Below the pieces are notes generated by a model. It did no database searches. It saw nothing but the letters and a program-made list of their open reading frames with translations, and was not told where the DNA came from. Made by a program: the position numbers and the translations under genes. Positions 1 to 6,646 of a DNA stretch of 7,172 nt are shown here, in pieces (position 1 is the first letter of the stretch; each line of letters opens with the position of its first letter). The stretch comes from a virus (lineage: Duplodnaviria > Heunggongvirae > Uroviricota > Caudoviricetes), in the IMG/VR virus record IMGVR_UViG_2660238126_000006. One strand, given 5' to 3'.

Positions 1-66
1 ATGTTAATTGCATGTATATCATTTGGGGTTGCGATGACGACGAACACGCATTTTAGAGGTGAAGAA

Positions 67-620
67 TTGAAGAAGGTTTGGCTTAACCGTTATCCCGCGG
101 ACGTTCCGACGGAGATCAACCCTGACCGTTATCAATCTCTGGTAGATATGTTTGAGCAGTCGGTCGCGCGCTACGCCGATCAGCCTGCGTTTGTGAATAT
201 GGGGGAGGTAATGACCTTCCGCAAGCTGGAAGAACGCAGTCGCGCGTTTGCCGCTTATTTGCAACAAGGGTTGGGGCTGAAGAAAGGCGATCGCGTTGCG
301 TTGATGATGCCTAATTTATTGCAATATCCGGTGGCGCTGTTTGGCATTTTGCGTGCCGGGATGATCGTCGTAAACGTTAACCCGTTGTATACCCCGCGTG
401 AGCTTGAGCATCAGCTTAACGATAGCGGCGCATCGGCGATTGTTATCGTGTCTAACTTTGCTCACACACTGGAAAAAGTGGTTGATAAAACCGCCGTTCA
501 GCACGTAATTCTGACCCGTATGGGCGATCAGCTATCTACGGCAAAAGGCACGGTAGTCAATTTCGTTGTTAAATACATCAAGCGTTTGGTGCCGAAATAC
601 CATCTGNCANNTNNNNTTTC
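67..620 (+). CDS. fadD: Long-chain fatty-acid--CoA ligase FadD, N-terminal ~185 codons (3' truncated at breakpoint near 617-621)
   Basis: Frame-1 translation from TTG at 67 reads [31 protein letters not shown]... which I recognise as E. coli FadD. GAGG lies 8 nt upstream of the TTG. Masked bases 607-616 keep the frame (HL-XXXX-S fits FadD HLPDAIS); homology ends at ~621. Confidence 0.85.
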
Positions 621-869
621 ACAGAGATGGGTATGTACCCACGTATCCGGATATTCTTCTTTCAGGCGTTGCGCCATCGCCATCTGTTCAGGAGATGAGG
701 TCGGGGCGAAGCGTGGCGTAATCGCATATAGCAGACGACCATTTTTGTGCCAGCGTTCAATCAGTTCTTTGCTTTGGTGATAGCTGCTTTCGGCAGTGTC
801 GAGCAGATAATCCGGTGCGTTGCGGTCCATCATCACCTTACCGGCAATCATACGCATATTGATATGACT
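619..869 (-). pseudogene. guaD: Guanine deaminase internal fragment (both ends missing)
   Basis: Minus-strand translation [84 protein letters not shown] matches my recollection of an internal region of E. coli GuaD. No N-terminal amidohydrolase region or C-terminus is present. Boundaries are +/- ~5 nt. Confidence 0.65.
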
Positions 870-1190
870 GCTTCAACGTGCTTGTCGGTCACCAGCAGGT
901 TCAGCTTACGCTTGGACATCACAGTGTATTCCAGATTCAGGCGCGAGAATTCGTACAGGGTAATGTGATGCTGTAGGTATTCACGCCTTAATAACCCCCT
1001 CTTTCAGCCAGATAACCTGTGTTCTCGCCATACCTTCCAGCGCGCATTCTTTTGCATATGCAGCATCGACTTGCTTGGCATGCCCTTTACCGGCAATCTT
1101 CTGTATGCGCTAAACCTAGATAGAATCCACTCTGTGCACATTGAAGCCCCCTCTATGCTTCCTTTCAGGTATTGAAGGGATTGAGATGGG
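870..1190 (-). other. Unassigned segment with two orphan ORF ends: a C-terminal fragment (981-1109, ...[37 protein letters not shown]) and a gene start (870-919, [17 protein letters not shown]...) cut at the guaD breakpoint
   Basis: Minus-strand reading only. Stops in all three minus frames at ~1105-1130. About 65 nt separate the stop at 981-983 from the ATG at 917-919. I could not recognise either product. Confidence 0.3.
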
Positions 1191-1538
1191 CTAAGCATTA
1201 TTGGCCTCCTGCATCAGGAGAAAGACAATCATGGCGGCGCGGAGAGGTCTGGTATCAAATATTGGGCTTACGCCTTTTGCATCCACACACCATTCAGTTA
1301 ACTGGTCTAAGATAGAAATCCTGTATTTCTCAATAATCGGCCATGAAGCGCTCGGATCATTGCAGTAGTCAGGCAAAGGGTTTAATGGCTCAAGACTTAC
1401 ATCGGCATTTCCGTAATACCATTTGTTGGTGTTATTCCCTGATGTTTCAGGCTTACATGCCCAAAGGCCTTTAAAAATTATGTCTCCTACCATTCGGTTA
1501 ATTTCAAAATCACTTAACTGTGAATAATCCATTGTCAT
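1191..1538 (-). CDS. nin-region protein, NinX-like (P22-type), function unknown
   Basis: 115-codon ORF ([34 protein letters not shown]...). Its ATG overlaps the ninE stop as ATGA (1535-1538), and the position directly after ninE matches the P22 nin gene order. Family name is from memory, not a search. Confidence 0.6.
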   Translation of the reverse strand: MTMDYSQLSDFEINRMVGDIIFKGLWACKPETSGNNTNKWYYGNADVSLEPLNPLPDYCNDPSASWPIIEKYRISILDQLTEWCVDAKGVSPIFDTRPLRAAMIVFLLMQEANNA

Positions 1539-1711
1539 TTCCTCGCACGATGTCTTAGCCACCGGATATCCCACAGGTGAGCCGTGTAGTTGAAGGTTTT
1601 TACGTCAGATTCTTTTGGGATTGGCTTGCGTTTATTTCTGGAGCGTTTCGTTGGAAGGTATTTGCAGTTTTCGCAGATGATGTCGGTGAAACTTCGTCGC
1701 TGTCGCCTCAT
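1535..1711 (-). CDS. ninE: NinE
   Basis: [58 protein letters not shown] is near-identical to lambda NinE as I recall it. Start overlaps the methyltransferase stop as ATGA at 1708-1711. Confidence 0.85.
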   Translation of the reverse strand: MRRQRRSFTDIICENCKYLPTKRSRNKRKPIPKESDVKTFNYTAHLWDIRWLRHRARK

Positions 1712-2235
1712 GCCGCCCTCCTGACGCCCTGCCCGATCGCCATCAATGCCGCTTTGGATACGGTAGTAAACATCCGTCGAGGACTGATGAACGGTCGCCA
1801 AATCAGCAGCATGGAGCCTTTGCTGTTTCCCTTCTTCTCCAGCCCTGTCGATGGTTCGATAAAATTAATCCGTCCATCAGTGATAATGCGAACTTCGTCG
1901 ACACTCTCCAGAGCCTTGCTGAACCATCCGACTGACATATCCTCTGGCACAAGCATAACTACCGTCTGTCGCTGTTGTATGCACTGCTCAGCGGCTTTTT
2001 TCACCCACGGCCTGATATTGCTGTACGGTGGGTTATTCCAGATTGCACCGTGGCTTACCCACTCAGAATTGAGCGCGTCGTCGGCCTCAGTTAGCCAGTG
2101 AGCACACAGAGCATTTTTGTCGCTCGCTGCCGAATCCAGCCAGAATCCAAACTCAATATCCAGTGCATCAAAAAGCCAAAGCGGCGTTTGCCAGCAGTCC
2201 TTGTCGTGTGCTGGCGTATTTGATTTGATAGTCAT
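1708..2235 (-). CDS. Phage Dam-family N6-adenine DNA methyltransferase (orphan; no restriction partner in window)
   Basis: 175 aa from [48 protein letters not shown]...[18 protein letters not shown]. The NPPY motif (motif IV) and overall pattern fit phage Dam-type methyltransferases. Start overlaps ninB stop as ATGA (2232-2235). The longer upstream ORF start at 2295 was rejected in favour of the coupled ATG. Confidence 0.8.
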   Translation of the reverse strand: MTIKSNTPAHDKDCWQTPLWLFDALDIEFGFWLDSAASDKNALCAHWLTEADDALNSEWVSHGAIWNNPPYSNIRPWVKKAAEQCIQQRQTVVMLVPEDMSVGWFSKALESVDEVRIITDGRINFIEPSTGLEKKGNSKGSMLLIWRPFISPRRMFTTVSKAALMAIGQGVRRAA

Positions 2236-2672
2236 GCAGCCCGATCTCCCCATCTCGCTTTCCATTCCAGAGCCAGTCTCGCTTCGTCTGACCACTTAAC
2301 GCCACGCTCTGTACCGAATGCCTGTATAAGCTCTAATAGCTCCGCAAATTCGCCTACACGCATCCTGCTGGTTGACTGGCCTATTACCACAAAGCCATTC
2401 CCGGCAAGGTTAGGAACAACATCCTGCTGCTTTAATGCTGCGGTAAACACACACTTCCAGCTTTCTGCATCTAGCCAGCGACCATGCCATTCAACCTGAC
2501 GAGAGACGTCACCTAAGCAGGCCCATAGCTTCCTGTTTTGGTCTAAGCTGCGGTTGCGTTCCTGAATGGTTACTACGATTGGTTTGGTTGGGTCTGGAAG
2601 GATTTGCTGTACTGCGTGAATAGCGTTTTGCTGATGTGCTGGAGATCGAATTTCAAAGGTTAGTTTTTTCAT
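2232..2672 (-). CDS. ninB: NinB (Orf recombination mediator)
   Basis: MKKLTFEIRSPAHQQNAIHAVQQILPDPTKPIVVTIQERNRSLDQNRKLWACLGDV... is essentially lambda NinB. A GGGGGAGAGGGAAG RBS precedes the ATG. Confidence 0.9.
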   Translation of the reverse strand: MKKLTFEIRSPAHQQNAIHAVQQILPDPTKPIVVTIQERNRSLDQNRKLWACLGDVSRQVEWHGRWLDAESWKCVFTAALKQQDVVPNLAGNGFVVIGQSTSRMRVGEFAELLELIQAFGTERGVKWSDEARLALEWKARWGDRAA

Positions 2673-2687
2673 GACTTCCCTCTCCCC

Positions 2688-2720
2688 CAAATAAAAAGGC
2701 CTGCGATTACCAGCAGGCCT
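2688..2720 (-). terminator. Intrinsic terminator tR2 (lambda-type), between ren and ninB
   Basis: On the minus strand: AGGCCTGC-TGGTAATC-GCAGGCCT hairpin followed by TTTTTATTT. Matches the lambda tR2 sequence as I recall it. Confidence 0.8.
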
Positions 2721-2745
2721 GTTATTAGCTCAGTAATGTAGATGG

Positions 2746-3036
2746 TCATCTTTTAACTCCATATACCGCCAATACCCGTTTCATCGCGGCACTCTGGCGA
2801 CACTCCTTAAAAATCAGGTTCGTGCTCATCTTTCCTTCCCGTTCTTCCCTGGTAGCAAACCGGTAATACACCGTTCGCCAGACCTTACCTTCGATAACCA
2901 GAAGACCTGCCCGTGCCATTTTAGCCGCGGCCTGATTTATGCTGGTTACTGTTGCGCCTGTTGCCGCAGCTACATCCGGCGCGCAGAAAGTCCGGTGCGT
3001 TTTCAGGTAGTGAAGAATTACCTCTTTGCCTGTCAT
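2746..3036 (-). CDS. ren: Ren (Rex exclusion escape protein)
   Basis: 96 aa, MTGKEVILHYLKTHRTFCAPDVAAATGATVTSINQAAAKMARAGLLVIEGKVWRTVYYRFATREEREGKMSTNL..., near-identical to lambda Ren. ATG overlaps the P stop as ATGA (3033-3036). Confidence 0.9.
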   Translation of the reverse strand: MTGKEVILHYLKTHRTFCAPDVAAATGATVTSINQAAAKMARAGLLVIEGKVWRTVYYRFATREEREGKMSTNLIFKECRQSAAMKRVLAVYGVKR

Positions 3037-3734
3037 ACACTGGCTCCTTTCAGTCCGAACTTAGCTTTGATTTCTGCGATCTTCGCCAGAGCCTGTGCAC
3101 GATTTAGAGGTCTACCGCCCATGACAGGAAGTTGTTTTACTGGTTCAGGGATCGCCTCACCACGGTTAATTCGCGCTGTCATACAGGTCAGTTCATCGGC
3201 AGCCTTGCGCCGTAATTCCGCATCAGTAAGCGCATTGGCCCGCATGTTCTGATACAGGTTGGTAACCAGCCAGTAGTGCGCGTTTGATTTCCACGGATAA
3301 GACTCCGCATCCGGATACAGGCCTCGCTTCCGGCAATACTCGTAAACCATATCAACCAGCTCGCTGACGTTTGGCAGTCCGGCGATAACGGATGCTTCTT
3401 CCCGGCACCATGCAACAAACTGCCCGGGTGATGGCAGAAATGGTCGATTCTGCCGACGGGCTACGCGCATTCCTGCGTTAACCTGTTCCATCGTGGTGAT
3501 CCCGTTTTCCCGAAAAGCCAGAACCCACTGGCGACGGATTTCGTTCACTTCGTTCTGGTCACGGTTAGCCAGGCTCGCCGGGAAAGTTGCCAGTAACTGG
3601 CTGAACACACCGTTGATGATCTGCGCTACCTGCTGTACCTGCGGCTTTTCGTCGTACTGTTCCGGCATGTTGTTGGCGATCCGGCGCATCTGCTCACGGT
3701 CAAAGTTAACCATCTGTGCGGCGATGTTTTTCAT
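3033..3734 (-). CDS. P: Replication protein P (DnaB helicase loader)
   Basis: 233 aa, MKNIAAQMVNFDREQMRRIANNMPEQYDEKPQVQQVAQIINGVFSQLL..., essentially lambda P. ATG overlaps the O stop as ATGA (3731-3734). Confidence 0.95.
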   Translation of the reverse strand: MKNIAAQMVNFDREQMRRIANNMPEQYDEKPQVQQVAQIINGVFSQLLATFPASLANRDQNEVNEIRRQWVLAFRENGITTMEQVNAGMRVARRQNRPFLPSPGQFVAWCREEASVIAGLPNVSELVDMVYEYCRKRGLYPDAESYPWKSNAHYWLVTNLYQNMRANALTDAELRRKAADELTCMTARINRGEAIPEPVKQLPVMGGRPLNRAQALAKIAEIKAKFGLKGASV

Positions 3735-4630
3735 AGATCCACCCCGTAAATCCAGTCTGTGTTTGTCAGGTCGAGTTTTGGTTTGCTGGCTGTCACGACT
3801 GCCTGTTGCTTGTTACGGTTGATTTCGAGCTGGGTCCACTTGTCGCGGAGTTTGGCCGGGCTAAGCACGTTACCGGACCAGAAGTTGTCCTGGCATGCCC
3901 AGCGGAACAGCACGCACATGTCGCGGTGGTTACGTCCGTCACGTTCACGCATCAGGCGGATATCGTTAGCCCACCCTGCAAAATTCGGTTTTCTGGCTGA
4001 TGGCGCGATGGTCTTCACCATGTCAAACATCCACTCTGCGGCGGTCAGGTCTTCTGCTGTCCCCCACTTGCTGCCGCTCTGAATTGCAGCATCCGGTTTC
4101 ACCACAGAAAGGTCGTTTTCTGGCTGGTCAGAGGATTCGCCAGAATTCTCGGACGAATAATCTTTTCTTTTTTCTTTTGTAATAGTGTCTTTTGTGTCCC
4201 CCTGTTTTGAGGGATAGCAATCCCCCAATTTGAGGGATGTTTTATCCCTCGTTTTAGGGGATTTTCCCTCGTTTTGAGGGATACACCATTCTGAGATGTT
4301 TTTATTTGGTCCAAACATGCCGCCTTGCTGCTTGATAATATTCATTCTGACGAGTTCTAACTTGGCTTCATTGCACCGTTTGACAGGTAACTTTGTAATC
4401 TCGCTAAGTTGAGAATCGGTGATTCTGTCCATTGGTTTATTCCACCCATAGGTTTTACGCAGAATGGCAAGCAGCACTTTAAACTGTCGCTTGGTCAGAT
4501 CTGCGCCCGAATAAGCCTCAAGCAGCATATTTGATAGTCTGGCGTAACCATCATCGAGATCTGCCACATTACGCTCCTGTCCGGCAAAGTTACCTCTGCC
4601 GAAGTTGAGTATTTTTGCTGTATTTGTCAT
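3731..4630 (-). CDS. O: Replication initiator protein O
   Basis: 299 aa, MTNTAKILNFGRGNFAGQERNVADLDDGYARLSNMLLEAY..., essentially lambda O. The ori iterons sit inside the gene. Confidence 0.95.
   Translation of the reverse strand: MTNTAKILNFGRGNFAGQERNVADLDDGYARLSNMLLEAYSGADLTKRQFKVLLAILRKTYGWNKPMDRITDSQLSEITKLPVKRCNEAKLELVRMNIIKQQGGMFGPNKNISEWCIPQNEGKSPKTRDKTSLKLGDCYPSKQGDTKDTITKEKRKDYSSENSGESSDQPENDLSVVKPDAAIQSGSKWGTAEDLTAAEWMFDMVKTIAPSARKPNFAGWANDIRLMRERDGRNHRDMCVLFRWACQDNFWSGNVLSPAKLRDKWTQLEINRNKQQAVVTASKPKLDLTNTDWIYGVDL
4151..4282. other. ori-lambda: four ~19-20 bp iterons (4195-4282) plus adjacent AT-rich unwinding region (4151-4194), inside O
   Basis: Four tandem copies of the palindromic motif TCCCTC-N-GAGGGA (for example tccctcgttttgaggga), flanked by cttttcttttttcttttgtaatagtgtcttttgtg. 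An EcoRI site is at 4142. Confidence 0.9.
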
Positions 4631-4641
4631 AATGACTCCTG
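4605..4641 (+). promoter_or_regulatory. pO promoter for oop RNA (-35 TTGAGT 4605-4610, -10 CATAAT 4628-4633, 17-bp spacer)
   Basis: Hexamers and spacing read directly from the sequence. The -10 overlaps the O start codon on the opposite strand, as in lambda. Confidence 0.6.
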
Positions 4642-4717
4642 TTGATAGATCCAGTAATGACCTCAGAACTCCATCTGGATTTGTTCAGAACGCTCGGTTG
4701 CCGCCGGGCGTTTTTTA
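4641..4717 (+). ncRNA. oop: oop antisense RNA (77 nt), overlapping the cII 3' end, ending at the to terminator
   Basis: gttgatagatccagtaatgacctcagaactccatctggatttgttcagaacgctcggttgccgccgggcgttttttat matches lambda oop as I recall it. A GC-rich hairpin plus T6 ends it at 4692-4717. Confidence 0.75.
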
Positions 4718-4956
4718 TTGGTGAGAATCGCAGCAACTTGTCGCGCCAATCGAGCCATGTCGTCGTCAACGACCCCCCATTCAAGAACAGCAAGCAGCAT
4801 TGAGAACTTGGGAATCCAGTCTCTCTTCCACCTGCTGATCTGCGACTTATCAACTCCCACAGCTTCCGCTGTCTTCTCAGTTCCAAGCATTGCGATTTTG
4901 TTAAGCAACGCACTCTCGATTCGTAGTGCCTCGTTGCGTTTGTTTGCACGAACCAT
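4663..4956 (-). CDS. cII: Transcriptional activator cII
   Basis: 97 aa, MVRANKRNEALRIESALLNKIAMLGTEKTAEAVGVDKSQISRWKRDWIPKFSMLLAVLEWGVVDDDMARLARQVAAILTNKKRPAATERSEQIQMEF. TAAGGAAATACTTACAT precedes the ATG. The longer ORF from 5016 was rejected. Confidence 0.95.
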   Translation of the reverse strand: MVRANKRNEALRIESALLNKIAMLGTEKTAEAVGVDKSQISRWKRDWIPKFSMLLAVLEWGVVDDDMARLARQVAAILTNKKRPAATERSEQIQMEF

Positions 4957-4973
4957 ATGTAAGTATTTCCTTA
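4934..4973 (+). promoter_or_regulatory. pRE (cII-dependent promoter) with TTGC-N6-TTGC cII-binding repeats at 4934-4947
   Basis: TTGCGTTTGTTTGC lies on the + strand opposite the cII start, with AAGTAT as the -10 candidate at 4961-4966. In this window pRE points into the cro stub and the breakpoint; no cI is present. Confidence 0.65.
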
Positions 4974-5035
4974 GATAACAATTGATTGAATGTATGCAAA
5001 TAAATGCATACACCATAGGTGTGGTTTAATTGGAT

Positions 5036-5067
5036 GCCCTTTTTCAGGGCTGTGATGTGTAAGAGCG
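5036..5067 (-). promoter_or_regulatory. nutR (boxB hairpin 5036-5050, boxA 5060-5067)
   Basis: The minus strand reads CGCTCTTA (boxA) ... GCCCTGAAAAAGGGC (boxB stem-loop). Rho-dependent tR1 would lie in 4957-5035 but cannot be confirmed from sequence. Confidence 0.75.
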
Positions 5068-5074
5068 GTGTTAT

Positions 5075-5143
5075 TTATGCTGTTGTTTTTTTGTTACTCG
5101 GGAAGGGCTTTACCTCTTCCGCATAAACGCTTCCATCTGCGTN
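5075..5143 (-). pseudogene. cro: cro C-terminal stub (last ~22 codons only), truncated at breakpoint with N at 5143
   Basis: The minus strand reads ...ADGSVYAEEVKPFPSNKKTTA* up to the stop at 5075-5077. Upstream of 5143 the sequence no longer matches cro; there is no cro N-terminus, OR, pR or cI. Confidence 0.75.
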
Positions 5144-5144
5144 C

Positions 5145-5270
5145 ATCAGCCTGAAACCGGAGCATTTCCGGCAACTTCTGGCAGATAAACCCGATACGGG
5201 CTTTCTGGAAATTCATGCAGAGAATTATCTCTGTGCCGGGGGGCCTTTCCACCAGGCGCTGACGGCCCTG
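5145..5270 (+). CDS. Possible N-proximal fragment of a DUF692/UPF0276-family protein (truncated both sides)
   Basis: Plus frame 3 reads [42 protein letters not shown]. This fits the family's N-terminal pattern as I remember it (..EH...LLA..P...EvH.ENY...GG). The reading degrades after the N's at 5271/5277. Competing minus-strand reading is low-complexity P/G/R-rich. Confidence 0.35.
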
Positions 5271-5277
5271 NGTGAAN

Positions 5278-5667
5278 GACACCACCGGAGCTGGTTGCAT
5301 CGGCAGTTGCCGTGTACTGAACCAGATCATCGCGCTGAATAACACTCCCGGCGGTCACCTTCAGGCCATCGCTGACACCTTCCCAGCGCATATACCCGCT
5401 GGCAGCCGTGGCCCCCTTGCGCGGACACCGTTTCATCGCAGCATGTCGCGCCAGCCAGGACTCATCGCACAGGTCAGGCAGCATGTTCATTGCCAGATAA
5501 TCGATGTAACCGTAAACCGTATGCAGCGCCGCCGCATACACCTTTGCCCGCACGTCTTCATCCATGCGCCGGAGCGTGTCGCTGACGTCCAGCCTGGCGA
5601 ATAAATCGTTACGGAGCATACTGATATTTTCTGCCAGCGTCGGGCGCTGAAATTCACTGTCCGCCAT
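5278..5667 (-). CDS. Baseplate J-like (Mu gp47 / P2 gpJ family) protein, N-terminal ~130 codons; 3' part lost at breakpoint near 5271-5277
   Basis: MADSEFQRPTLAENISMLRNDLFARLDVSD...HTVYGYIDYLAMNMLPDLCDESWLARHAAMKRCPRKGATAASGYMRWEGVSDGLKVTAGSVIQRDDLVQYTATADAT fits the baseplate-J N-terminal pattern (RPTL, YGY.D..A...LPD, LARHA, RK.A). Overlaps the gp46 stop by 14 nt. Confidence 0.65.
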
Positions 5668-6082
5668 GCGTTATCGCACTCCACAGATCATCAAAAGAAA
5701 TCATTACCGGTCCGTCACGACGCCAGAGAGTGATACTGTTACCCAGTTCATTAATCCCGGTGCGGCGGATATCCAGATCAATACGGGACACCACACCGTC
5801 ATCAATCATCCATTGCAGGCATTCGCGGATATACCCCCTTACCGTCTGCACCAGCTGATTGGTCAGTTTGCCGCGCTGAAGCAGCCACAGCCGGGAGCCG
5901 TAACGGTCATTCTGTACCGCAGGCCAGGTATCCCCCCACCATCCCATCGGGACGTCGGCATTGTCATCAGGCTCCGCCCGCCGCCAGGTGAACAGGGAAA
6001 TCACCACGGCGCGGGTCAGCGGATCCAGCGGTGCGCTGGCGCAGGTGCGTTTACCGTTCACCGTCAGCCACAGTTCCATCAT
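5654..6082 (-). CDS. Phage GP46-family baseplate protein (Mu gp46-like)
   Basis: 142 aa containing ISLFTWRRAEPDD, GWWGDTWP and GSRLWLLQRGKLT, the motifs I associate with the GP46 family. ATG overlaps the upstream gene stop as ATGA at 6079-6082. Confidence 0.7.
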   Translation of the reverse strand: MMELWLTVNGKRTCASAPLDPLTRAVVISLFTWRRAEPDDNADVPMGWWGDTWPAVQNDRYGSRLWLLQRGKLTNQLVQTVRGYIRECLQWMIDDGVVSRIDLDIRRTGINELGNSITLWRRDGPVMISFDDLWSAITHGGQ

Positions 6083-6447
6083 GCCTCCATCGCTTTATCC
6101 GGTTTGTCGGTGTTACTGCCCTGACCGTTCTCTCTGTGACGATGGCCGTTATAGGCAAGCCGCATCGCTGACATGGTGGTGCCGCCGGAGTCGCACAGGT
6201 CTTTCACCTGTCCGGTCACTTCCAGGTCCATTTCAAAACGTGCTCTGGGCGCATTGCGAAACGTGATCGTTTTACCTGCACCGTCCACCACGATCCCCTC
6301 CCGGGTCAGCGTCACAGACTGCCCCTGATCGTCATAGACAGCCACCTCACCCGTCTGCAGCCCTTTCAGGCGGTAGCGCCGGTCCGACACCGTAACAACC
6401 ACCGCATGAGAACGGTCGCCATCCGGAAACAACACCACCGCTTCCGC
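6079..6447 (-). CDS. Baseplate assembly protein V-like (spike), C-terminal ~122 codons; 5' end lost at breakpoint with N's at 6448/6450
   Basis: ...GLQTGEVAVYDDQGQSVTLTREGIVVDGAGKTITFRNAPRARFEMDLEVTGQVKDLCDSGGTTMSAMRLAYNGHRHRENG... is gpV-like, and its position before GP46 and J matches the Mu-type baseplate order. The first 9 codons of the track ORF are beyond the breakpoint. Confidence 0.55.
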   Translation of the reverse strand, partial: AEAVVLFPDGDRSHAVVVTVSDRRYRLKGLQTGEVAVYDDQGQSVTLTREGIVVDGAGKTITFRNAPRARFEMDLEVTGQVKDLCDSGGTTMSAMRLAYNGHRHRENGQGSNTDKPDKAMEA

Positions 6448-6450
6448 NCN

Positions 6451-6575
6451 TCGGCACCTGCAATTACTGCACATACGGTGAGAAACAAAATAGCAGATAA
6501 TTTATGTTTAACCTTTCCTTGTTGTCGTATATCAGGGATCACTGAAATATAATCAAGCAAACTTTGAATACTCAC
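6451..6575 (-). mobile_element. ISAs1-family (H-repeat-associated) transposase, N-terminal 41 codons only, GTG start
   Basis: (V/M)SIQSLLDYISVIPDIRQQGKVKHKLSAILFLTVCAVIAGA matches the conserved N-terminus of E. coli H-rpt/ISAs1 transposases as I recall it. AGGA lies ~6 nt upstream of the GTG. Truncated at the N's. Confidence 0.7.
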
Positions 6576-6646
6576 CTGGGTCCTTTTTTATCTTTTTAGT
6601 TATTCCAAAGGTTAAATTTTGATCACCTGTAGGCGTTAAAGCCAAG

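Noticed and set aside
1-66. FadR operator or promoter upstream of fadD
   Set aside because: Only 66 bp of upstream sequence, and I cannot match a FadR consensus with confidence.
19-504. Minus-strand ORFs 19-267 and 316-504
   Set aside because: Antisense to the well-supported fadD frame; no recognisable product.
747-968. + strand ORF, 73 aa
   Set aside because: Antisense to the guaD fragment and spans a breakpoint; His-rich nonsense.
1004-1198. Minus-strand ORF, 64 aa ([14 protein letters not shown]...)
   Set aside because: No RBS or homology, R/K-rich, overlaps the ninX stop. A different frame in the same region gives a more protein-like peptide.
1535-1801. Long forms of ninE (88 aa from 1801) and NinX-like (127 aa from 1574)
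   Set aside because: The N-terminal extensions overlap the upstream genes by 38-90 nt. The ATGA-coupled internal ATGs match lambda and P22 gene lengths.
1577-2101. + strand ORF, 174 aa
   Set aside because: Entirely antisense to the methyltransferase and ninE; no motifs.
4195-4282. Tandem ~20-bp repeats that could suggest a CRISPR array
   Set aside because: Four copies, each internally palindromic, with no unique spacers and an adjacent AT-rich region, inside gene O. These are the ori-lambda iterons.
2995-4978. Many 60-120 aa ORFs on both strands inside ren, P, O and cII (for example 3188-3418, 3493-3822, 4099-4314, 4590-4949)
   Set aside because: All lie within or antisense to near-lambda-identical genes. 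Only pO/oop and pRE are real opposite-strand elements here.
5146-5277. Continuation of the baseplate J ORF to the stop at 5146
   Set aside because: After the N's the frame becomes P/G/R-rich and unlike baseplate J, while the opposite strand gives a DUF692-like peptide. Treated as beyond the breakpoint.
5094-5345. Minus-strand ORF, 83 aa, crossing the N at 5143
   Set aside because: Frame differs from cro and reads through two breakpoints; a translation artifact.
5272-6266. + strand ORFs 5272-5604, 5666-6124 and 5961-6266, and minus ORF 5487-5684
   Set aside because: Antisense or out of frame within the baseplate genes; compositionally biased, no homology.
6366-6575. 69-aa track ORF treated as one gene
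   Set aside because: Only the first 41 codons are H-rpt transposase. The remainder is out-of-frame read-through into the gpV fragment past the N's.
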